A DNA stretch of 27,792 nt from Bdellovibrionia bacterium (GTDB lineage: Bacteria > Bdellovibrionota > UBA1018): the NCBI GenBank assembly GCA_045805065.1, contig JBJMMA010000083.1, forward strand, positions 1 to 27,792, written 5' to 3'. Below the pieces are notes generated by a model, which was not told the origin of the DNA, did no database searches, and saw only the letters and a program-made list of their open reading frames with translations. The first letter of the stretch is position 1; each line of letters starts with the position of its first letter. The position numbers were made by a program, and so were the translations under genes. Shown here piece by piece: positions 21,125 to 27,792 of the stretch.

Positions 21125-21667
21125 ATGTCCAGACTGGCTACCAGGCTTCTCGCATCTTTAGGGCTTCTATTTTTAGCGCAATCGGGCTACGCCGAAACCG
21201 CAAGCCTCGCGCTGCTTTTAGGTCCTGCGATCCGAAGCGTCGATGGAACCGCCATGGGATTTGAGCTCAAGGGCGGTTACCGCGTTTTGCCAACATTGGT
21301 GACAAGTCTGTATTATTGGCGCGTAAGCTCTGGCGCCGACATCAGTGGATCAGGAACAAGTTTATCAACGAGTGATTCGATGTCCTCTTTTGGAGCTGAA
21401 GCCCTCTATGCCTTTCCCGGGAGTAACTGGTCAGCAGGCGCAAAGCTGGGGATGAGCAAAAACTCCAAGGACGGGTCAGCAAGTTCCGAAACTAGCACGG
21501 TGAGCTTGAGCGACTCTCACAGCTCTCTGACCGTTTCTCCAACGGTAGTTTATGAAATCCCGGTCAGCTTCATGGTCGTGGGAGCCGAAGCCTCTTACTT
21601 CTATTCCTTGAGCAGCTCCGTGCCCAAAGCGCTCTCGCTTATGGTCGAGGGGAAGCTCCGTTTCTGA
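21125..21667 (+). CDS. Small outer-membrane beta-barrel protein (OmpA-like, probably 8 strands)
   Basis: Signal peptide (ending GYA), amphipathic strands, C-terminal Phe (EGKLRF) typical of a BAM signal. Confidence 0.7.
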   Translation: MSRLATRLLASLGLLFLAQSGYAETASLALLLGPAIRSVDGTAMGFELKGGYRVLPTLVTSLYYWRVSSGADISGSGTSLSTSDSMSSFGAEALYAFPGSNWSAGAKLGMSKNSKDGSASSETSTVSLSDSHSSLTVSPTVVYEIPVSFMVVGAEASYFYSLSSSVPKALSLMVEGKLRF

Positions 21668-23324
21668 AGCTTTTCGGATCCGCCCATTTATAGCCCAGGG
21701 CTGTGATCCCATCGACCAGATTCTTGAAATCATCCATGGCGTGAAGCTCTGCAAAATCCGAATCGACCCAGAACGGATGGAAAAAGAACGATCCAAAACC
21801 ATCACGGACAACGAGGGCGTATTCCGCGTTCGTCAGAAGATCTTTCCACGTGTAATTGAAATTGGACGAAGGATCGGTCTCATGAATGTCGTATTCAATA
21901 TTGCCTAGGTTTTCCGGAATGATGTATTGGCCGTAAGGATCCCGGTGGATGATGTAAGGGAAGAACATTCCTGCCGCGTAGTCTTTCTCAGGCTTATTGG
22001 CGGTCAGGTTGGGAGTGTTCGAGGTGTAGTAAACCATGCGCTGATAAGTCGTGTTGAAGCGTTTGGACATAGCTGCATAGGTTTTCGGAGTGCCCTGATA
22101 GTGAGGTGTTTCCCATGCCCAGGGTCTGAACCTTGCGACTGCAAACTCCTTGATTCCCTGATTCAGGCGTTGCATGGCCCAATTTTCACTGTCTTCTTTG
22201 ATGGGCGTATTCTGAGCGGCATTCCAGAACTCGTAATCATCCGCGCTGACGCCTGTATGCGGATTCTTGATGTTGCTATACTGGTGCGTGTATCCATGCA
22301 TGACAAGGTTTCCGCCATGCTGATAAGCGTAGAGAAGTGATCTCTGAAGCTCAGTCGCTTGATAGAACGGAATCGACTCGGGCGTTCCGTTCGAATTAGC
22401 CCCAAGCGGGTCCTTGTAATGAGGTATGGTTGCCACAGAGAATGGAATGTGACGAGCGTAAAGGAAATCAGAAATCGTTTTGATGCTCTCGAAGTCGACC
22501 TTTGCGTTGACGTCTTCCAGTCTTACAAGTGCTCGATGGCTCTCTGCATGCTGAATTCCCAGAATGTCATGAAGGATGTCGCATAGAACGAGGTAACGGT
22601 CCCTCGGGCCGATGTAGCTGAACGGAAGATCAGCAAAGTACCAGAAGTTTCCAGTGGCGCCTGCTTGCACGATATAAGGAGTGGTTGCGCCGGTGTGGCT
22701 GTCCTGGATCATGACCTTTGCTCGAGCCTTGGTTGGATCGCTCAGTGTTATGATGCCAACGTCAGGATCGGCCTGAACTTCGTTCTCCTCCGCGTCGAAT
22801 TGGTAATACTTTTTCAAAGCCTTTCCCTTGTAAAGAACCGTGTCGTAAAAGCCAGGGTTTGGCTTATCGCGAGTGGGTTCCGCGTCAAGGCCATGAAGCT
22901 CTTGAAACTTGATTCCGCTCTTTGCTTCGAACTGAAGCTCCTGCGGGGAGCTCAGTTGCCAAAGATTGTATTTGAACCAGACAACGCGTTGCTTGGTGTG
23001 GGATACGTCGCGCAGGAAATCATCTGAAAGCGGATGATTGTAATAGGAGCCCAGGTAAAAAGTGCTGGCGTAGGCTTCTGTCTGGCCTGATTTGTATTGA
23101 GCGACGGGCTCGATCTTGGCCTGGATATCAAAATGCCCTAAAAGCGCCTGGAGCATGGTGGCATAGGCAAGCCCAAGCTTGGGCTCATCGGCCGGAGCGT
23201 CATAAAGAATCAGTGCGCCTTGAGGAGTCAGGGTTTCTCCGTGAATTCCCAGCGCAAACACGGACGCGCCGGCAAGACTGAGGATCAGGGATCTCTTCAG
23301 AAGTCGGGTGATCAGGTTCGACAC
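21639..23324 (-). CDS. Secreted polysaccharide deacetylase-like protein (DUF2334)
   Basis: VRLEDV, MHGYTHQ, WETPHY and FFHP motifs of the NodB-like fold; signal peptide. Confidence 0.8.
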   Translation of the reverse strand: MSNLITRLLKRSLILSLAGASVFALGIHGETLTPQGALILYDAPADEPKLGLAYATMLQALLGHFDIQAKIEPVAQYKSGQTEAYASTFYLGSYYNHPLSDDFLRDVSHTKQRVVWFKYNLWQLSSPQELQFEAKSGIKFQELHGLDAEPTRDKPNPGFYDTVLYKGKALKKYYQFDAEENEVQADPDVGIITLSDPTKARAKVMIQDSHTGATTPYIVQAGATGNFWYFADLPFSYIGPRDRYLVLCDILHDILGIQHAESHRALVRLEDVNAKVDFESIKTISDFLYARHIPFSVATIPHYKDPLGANSNGTPESIPFYQATELQRSLLYAYQHGGNLVMHGYTHQYSNIKNPHTGVSADDYEFWNAAQNTPIKEDSENWAMQRLNQGIKEFAVARFRPWAWETPHYQGTPKTYAAMSKRFNTTYQRMVYYTSNTPNLTANKPEKDYAAGMFFPYIIHRDPYGQYIIPENLGNIEYDIHETDPSSNFNYTWKDLLTNAEYALVVRDGFGSFFFHPFWVDSDFAELHAMDDFKNLVDGITALGYKWADPKSFRNGASPRP

Positions 23325-23330
23325 GCGCCT

Positions 23331-23579
23331 CTACCTTTCTTGACTTGGATTTTGAATGTGACTGTGGCGCCTGAGACGCAGCTTCATGTGTGATGGGTCT
23401 TTGCACGAATGCTTTGCAGCTCGTGAATGGTCTCCCGGCTCAATACGCGTTTTGACGTGTGGCTTTTCCGGAACGCGTGCCTGTGAATAGAGGGTGAATG
23501 GATCAAAGGCCTGGATTCCTGTTGGAAAAAATCCCAACACGAGAGCAAGCGCATGAATTTTAGAGAGTGAACCGCCCAT
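23331..23579 (-). CDS. Small hypothetical secreted protein upstream of the deacetylase
   Basis: ATG at 23579 gives a signal-like MGGSLSKIHALALVLGFFPTGIQA; stop lies 6 nt before the DUF2334 GTG. Confidence 0.4.
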   Translation of the reverse strand: MGGSLSKIHALALVLGFFPTGIQAFDPFTLYSQARVPEKPHVKTRIEPGDHSRAAKHSCKDPSHMKLRLRRHSHIQNPSQER

Positions 23580-23618
23580 CTGAATAAGCCGCTTCAAAAG
23601 CTGTTCCAAAGTTCTCTT

Positions 23619-23645
23619 TAAGTTCTCAAGTTGTTTCGCCGAAAC
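23619..23645 (+). promoter_or_regulatory. Candidate sigma28 promoter of the Hpt gene
   Basis: TAAG-N15-GCCGAAAC, ending 16 nt before ATG 23662. Confidence 0.6.
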
Positions 23646-23661
23646 ATTGGCTGTGACCAGG

Positions 23662-24264
23662 ATGCTCTCGCGACTTCTCAGCCGATTCCTCAAGCCGACT
23701 CAAAGCACTCACGCGATGCGCTCAGTGGAGCAGGAGAGCTTGAGACTTGCGATTCAGGGACTTGGCTCTGAAACGGAAGTCTCCATTGCCAAGCATGACA
23801 TCACTGAGCTCAATCCGGCAGATGAGCTTGCCTGCATGCGGCAGGAGATCTCAAAGGTCGTGCTCTTCCGTCAGTGCGAAGCAACACGCGGGGTAATTGA
23901 CGAGGAAATGATTCATCAGATCTGTCAATATGATGACGGATCGCATGGCGATACGCTTGCGGAGCTCATTGGTTTGTATCTGGAGCTTGCACCCAAACGA
24001 ATTGAGAGTTTGAAGCGAGCCCTGGGTGAAAGAAATTGGCACGTTGTTTCGAAAGAAGCCCACTCCTTGAAATCAAGCAGTGCGAATCTGGGCTTGAAGA
24101 AAGTAATCGTCGTATGTCGAAGGCTTGAAGCCATCGAGAATCATCCTGATTACTCGATGGCCAGCACTCTTCTCTCTGAGATCGAAAAAGAATATCAAGC
24201 TGCGGCTCAGTCCTTGATGGAGCTTCTAAAACGGCGCGTCCCTGCGCGTAAAGCCGCGGCTTAA
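23662..24264 (+). CDS. Stand-alone Hpt (histidine phosphotransfer) protein with N-terminal extension
   Basis: EAHSLKSSSANLG...C..LE canonical Hpt motif. ATG 23662 preferred over TTG 23647. Confidence 0.88.
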   Translation: MLSRLLSRFLKPTQSTHAMRSVEQESLRLAIQGLGSETEVSIAKHDITELNPADELACMRQEISKVVLFRQCEATRGVIDEEMIHQICQYDDGSHGDTLAELIGLYLELAPKRIESLKRALGERNWHVVSKEAHSLKSSSANLGLKKVIVVCRRLEAIENHPDYSMASTLLSEIEKEYQAAAQSLMELLKRRVPARKAAA

Positions 24265-24265
24265 T

Positions 24266-25069
24266 TTACTGACTGTCCATTGGCTGTTGCTTGGCTGCCG
24301 CCATCAGCATCTGGCCTGCAATCTCCTGATCCAAGCCATCGCTGTCGTCGAGGCCGAGCTTTGAGCGCCAATTGCTTGGAGCTTCAGGGTGCGGACCCGA
24401 AAGAATCACTAAACCATTTCCAGCCCAGGTCTGAGCGATTGCTGGTTGATGATTGTCGGAGTAACGGGCAATCACGCCACCTTGCCATTCAGGAAGAGAC
24501 GGGCCACCCCACCATACGAGCTGGCGGTCTCCGCCTTGGAGCATGGACACGCCAACCATGGCGTCATCCGTTCCCTCGTCTTCAAGATGGTAGTATGGAA
24601 GCGTTTCCGCTTTGACGAGCGAAAAGCCCCAGCTCGTGTCAGGAGATACGGCGATGAAAGCTCCTGCACAGATTCCGACGAAGCTCACGCCGCGCTCTTG
24701 AACGGCGCGACGGATGTTGTCGCGGGTCTGTTGCGTAAGGCTATCGCTCATCATTCCGGCGTAGCCTCCTGGCCATGCGATCGTGCCAAATTTCGAAAGG
24801 TCATCCAGGCTCATCTGATTGAGCTCTGCAGAACTGACGGATCGATGAGTCAATCCTTTGGACTCAGCGATCGAAGCCAAAGCTTCAGGATCGTCGTAGG
24901 CTGCGGCATCGCCTGCATAAATCAAAACGTCTGTGGTGGAGCTGGAGCGCGCCGTTTGTGGGCGCGTTGCTTCCAGCGGGCTTGCTGCGAAGGCAGCGGA
25001 AAGCATTGGGCCGCTCGATAGGGCTGCCGCGATGGAAAGAAATGAAATAGTTTTGAAAGTGTTCCTCAC
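24266..25069 (-). CDS. Secreted BPL_N-like class I glutamine amidotransferase-fold protein
   Basis: WPGG, GICAGAF nucleophile elbow, HPE. GTG at 25069 follows a GGAGG RBS and gives a signal peptide ending AFA. Confidence 0.8.
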   Translation of the reverse strand: MRNTFKTISFLSIAAALSSGPMLSAAFAASPLEATRPQTARSSSTTDVLIYAGDAAAYDDPEALASIAESKGLTHRSVSSAELNQMSLDDLSKFGTIAWPGGYAGMMSDSLTQQTRDNIRRAVQERGVSFVGICAGAFIAVSPDTSWGFSLVKAETLPYYHLEDEGTDDAMVGVSMLQGGDRQLVWWGGPSLPEWQGGVIARYSDNHQPAIAQTWAGNGLVILSGPHPEAPSNWRSKLGLDDSDGLDQEIAGQMLMAAAKQQPMDSQ

Positions 25070-25176
25070 TCGTTTGGTTCCTCCGTGAAACTTTTTCTCG
25101 TGAATGATTTGTTGTGGTGCTCGGAACCTAACGATGAAGAGTGCAGATATCAAGATCAGGCGATGTGAAAATGCAC

Positions 25177-25204
25177 GAGCGACAAGAGAAAACCGTTGTC
25201 GCTC
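25177..25204. promoter_or_regulatory. 9-bp inverted repeat (terminator hairpin or operator)
   Basis: GAGCGACAA-N10-TTGTCGCTC between the ybeD-like gene and the BPL_N gene. Confidence 0.45.
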
Positions 25205-25263
25205 ACTTTAAATAGCGGCTGTAGAAGGAGGAATTGGGGGCGGGCGCTGCTCGCTAAGCGGCT

Positions 25264-25551
25264 TTAAAGAATAACCATCACGTCATCGATCTTGGCGACC
25301 TGCTCAAGAGTGGCGATAATGTGGTCAGCGTTTCTTGCGGAGAAGACATAGGTCATCGCAAGGTGATTGCCTTTGGCGCTCTCGCGGCGAGTCAGCATCC
25401 GGAGGATCGGATGAGCGCTCTCAAAGTCGGCCAAGCCCTTTTGGAAACGGTCGGTGTTGCGACCAATGAACTTCAGGGTGAAGTCAAAAGGGAAGGTTTC
25501 CTGTTGCTCGAGAAGGGTTTTAAGGCGACTGAACTGTTCAGAGTGATTCAT
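25264..25551 (-). CDS. YbeD/DUF493-like ACT-fold protein
   Basis: FP..F..KFIG and R.S.KG.H....Y motifs; about 95 aa ending V.IL. Confidence 0.8.
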   Translation of the reverse strand: MNHSEQFSRLKTLLEQQETFPFDFTLKFIGRNTDRFQKGLADFESAHPILRMLTRRESAKGNHLAMTYVFSARNADHIIATLEQVAKIDDVMVIL

Positions 25552-25652
25552 AGAAATCTCATCTAACTCTATCAGATTTAAGGGTTTTCGGAAAGAGGAA
25601 GCACCGCTTCAAAATATTTGCAAAAGTATCGCGAGGATAGTACCCCTGACGC

Positions 25653-26120
25653 ATGCCGTCGGCTTCAATTTCAGCATCGCTTTCGCAAAAAAACGCAGGG
25701 TCTCGCCTTTGGGCGGCCTGGGATGGAGCAGGCGCATTTGCCTCATTTCTCTGCATGATCCACTGTGTGGGTGTTCCACTGATCCTTGCGGCATTTCCGG
25801 GGCTGGCGTCCGCTCTCCCTTTGGGCGCAATAAAAGACGAAGCATTCCATCAGATTGTAGCTGTGATCGCAGCTGTCTTGGCGCTCAGTGCGTTCTCCAA
25901 GGGTTACCGCCAGCATCATTCCCGCCGGGTCATTGTTTTAGGAATCTTAGGATGTGCGCTTCTCTTTATTGCGGCGTCCGGCATCGAACATGAGACCGCG
26001 TGGACCGTAGTGGGTTCCGTGCTTTTAATCTCGGCTCACCTGGACAACTACCGAAAAGTCCATGCGCATACTCATGTCCATGGTCATGCTCACCACGGAC
26101 ACGCCGGCCATCATCACTAA
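25653..26120 (+). CDS. MerC-family membrane protein with His-rich C-terminal tail
   Basis: D..G..AS.LC.IHC...P signature, GYRQH, four transmembrane segments, tail HAHTHVHGHAHHGHAGHHH. Confidence 0.85.
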   Translation: MPSASISASLSQKNAGSRLWAAWDGAGAFASFLCMIHCVGVPLILAAFPGLASALPLGAIKDEAFHQIVAVIAAVLALSAFSKGYRQHHSRRVIVLGILGCALLFIAASGIEHETAWTVVGSVLLISAHLDNYRKVHAHTHVHGHAHHGHAGHHH

Positions 26121-26135
26121 TTACCTGGCCTGCCA

Positions 26136-27056
26136 TTACTTGGCTTGAATAATCGCGCCCAAGGCTTTGAGCAATTCCATGTCAAAGAGTCCCAGTTTGT
26201 CGATGTAGAACTGTTTCATCGCATCCATGGGGTTCACCTTGTTCACGGTGCACATGCGGTCGTACTCATTGCAGAGATTGAGGATCTGCTGGGTTTTTGG
26301 AAGCGTGTTCACGCGCTTCTTGCCGGGAAAGCCCGCGCCATCGCCGATCTCTTCGTGATTTAAGACGTGCTCAAGAATGGCTTTGCTGATGTAAGGCTTA
26401 TCCATGAGCTTGCTGATCGCTGTCTCAGGATGTTTTTGGTAGATGATCTTCTGATCGGGCGTGAGCTGTTCTCTGGGAATGTTCGGATCGAGTCCCAGGC
26501 CTTCTTTTCCGATGTCATGAATGAGAGCTGCGGTACCGATCATCAGGAGATCCGCGTTTGGAAGTCCAAGGCTTGACGCCAGCTTCACGGAAAGAGTGAC
26601 CACGTTCGCTGAATGCTGGGAGACGTCCGTTGCGAACCCGGAGGTGGAGAGCATCTGCCTCATCGCGCCTTGCTCAGAGACCAGAAAGTCGAGAACTTTG
26701 CCGACTTGCCCTTCAGTCGCCCGGTAGCCCGCTTCGGTCTGGATTTTTTCGGCAGCGCTTTCTGCAGTCGTTGTGATCGCATCTCGAGCGATGTCGGCAC
26801 GATCATTCAAAGCAAGCTTCGTATCACGAAGCTGTCCCAGCCCGGCATCAAGATAAGCCAGGTAATAGCCTTCGGCCTCTTTCGGAACGAACAGCTTTTT
26901 GACACCTTTGGCTTTCAGGGATGCGATTCGATCGCCATCGAATGGATCTTCTTTCCTGATATAATGGACGTGACGTTCGCCAATTTTGATGAAAACATCA
27001 AAATTAACAGGCTGCCACGGACGAAGAGTGCCAATACGTACTGGGATGAATTCCAT
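26136..27056 (-). CDS. Degenerate HD-GYP-like protein
   Basis: QHS, IHDIGK and HP present, but HHE->HEE, GYP->GFP and AD.FD->CNEYD. N-terminal domain resembles that of the 13629 protein. Confidence 0.82.
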   Translation of the reverse strand: MEFIPVRIGTLRPWQPVNFDVFIKIGERHVHYIRKEDPFDGDRIASLKAKGVKKLFVPKEAEGYYLAYLDAGLGQLRDTKLALNDRADIARDAITTTAESAAEKIQTEAGYRATEGQVGKVLDFLVSEQGAMRQMLSTSGFATDVSQHSANVVTLSVKLASSLGLPNADLLMIGTAALIHDIGKEGLGLDPNIPREQLTPDQKIIYQKHPETAISKLMDKPYISKAILEHVLNHEEIGDGAGFPGKKRVNTLPKTQQILNLCNEYDRMCTVNKVNPMDAMKQFYIDKLGLFDMELLKALGAIIQAK

Positions 27057-27090
27057 CTCATGACCCCAAAAGGTGCGACGAAGGTAAAAA

Positions 27091-27534
27091 ATGAATATCG
27101 ATCCTGAAATTTTAAATGAATTCAGAGCTGAGTCATAGGGTTTGCTCGAAGAGCTTCAGCAAGTGGTCGAGAAGCTCGAGGAAGTCGAATCGACGTCGGT
27201 TTTTCCCGAAGCATTGCTCACTGAGTTTGCTCAAAAAATCGATCGCATCATGGGTGCCGTGAAAACCATGGCGGTTCTTGAGCCCGCTCACGAAGGATTT
27301 ACATCCATCGGCAAACTTGCCGAACTTTGCAAGACGATCGGCTACAAAGCGGCCGAGAAGAAGAACACGGCGATGCTCCCGATCTTCAGCGCGTTCTGGG
27401 CGGATACGATTGAAGTGATCGAGAGTCTTCTCAAGTGCATTGAGAACGCTGAAGAGACGCACAGGATTGCGCAGTCTTTCCCACCGGTGCTGGCGCAGCG
27501 ACTCGCCTGGCTTAAATCAAAAATCGAGGCCTAG
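27091..27534 (+). pseudogene. Hpt/CheA-P1-like helical protein lacking the phospho-His, interrupted by in-frame TAG at 27136-27138
   Basis: ATG 27091 (AAGGT RBS) reads MNIDPEILNEFRAES*GLLEELQQ..., in frame with the 27142 ORF; DRIMG occupies the HxxKG position. Confidence 0.7.
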
Positions 27535-27792
27535 TGTATTAACACGGCCGATATTGCTGTGAATACTCCAACGGCTGCAAACCCAAGGCCGCCGTACACA
27601 AAGGCTTGAGCCTGAGTGAGGATCGCAATCGAGCAAAGCACGACGGCGATTTGAAGGAAGATCTCGCCTAAGCTAAAGCGATTGGCGCGGTTCTCCCATT
27701 TTTCAGCATTCTCGGTATGAGCTTCCGCCTGCTTTGCGATTTTCTCGGATTCTTCTTCATATTTCTTCTGCCGGGCTTCGTATTGCTCGCCG
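27531..27792 (-). CDS. DUF4337-family membrane protein, C-terminal part (truncated by window edge)
   Basis: Not in the ORF track. Minus frame reads ...KKYEEESEKIAKQAE...RFSLGEIFLQIAVVLCSIAILT...AVLIH*: coiled coil plus two transmembrane helices. Stop shares the CTAG palindrome with the convergent gene. Confidence 0.75.
   Translation of the reverse strand, partial: GEQYEARQKKYEEESEKIAKQAEAHTENAEKWENRANRFSLGEIFLQIAVVLCSIAILTQAQAFVYGGLGFAAVGVFTAISAVLIH

Noticed and set aside
23580..23693. N-terminal extension of the 120-aa minus ORF (23331..23693)
   Set aside because: Would overlap the Hpt gene start and its candidate promoter; ATG 23579 gives a cleaner signal-peptide start.
25070..25153. Longer start of the BPL_N gene
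   Set aside because: A GGAGG RBS and the signal peptide point to GTG 25069.
27136..27138. TAG reassignment or pyrrolysine coding
   Set aside because: TAG ends several clearly complete genes here (e.g. at 8328, 9896, 21090, 27534), and no pyl genes are in the window.

Overview
Bacterial chromosomal window of moderate GC, densely coding. The fibre protein, His-less Hpt protein, sigma28-like promoters and gene mix suggest a Bdellovibrionota/Oligoflexia-like organism (inference). Left part: end of motA, motB, an MFS transporter, a tightly coupled pentose-phosphate operon (rpiB, tal-pgi fusion, gnd, zwf, pgl), a secreted beta-barrel-like protein, an S8 subtilase and an SDR. Middle: a PilZ / protein methyltransferase / HD-GYP cluster, cyclophilin, DUF1015 and a Cys/Pro-rich secreted protein. 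Next comes a three-gene surface-fibre locus: collagen-stalk fibre, secreted beta-helix repeat protein and small OM barrel. Right part: DUF2334 deacetylase, Hpt protein, secreted BPL_N/GATase-like protein, YbeD-like protein, His-tailed MerC, a degenerate HD-GYP, a His-less Hpt-like gene broken by an in-frame TAG, and a partial DUF4337 gene. No rRNA, tRNA, CRISPR array or mobile element was seen. Best novelty candidates are the possible two-part fibre plus separately encoded tip adhesin, and the PilZ-coupled protein methyltransferase. All family calls come from motif recognition, not database searches.
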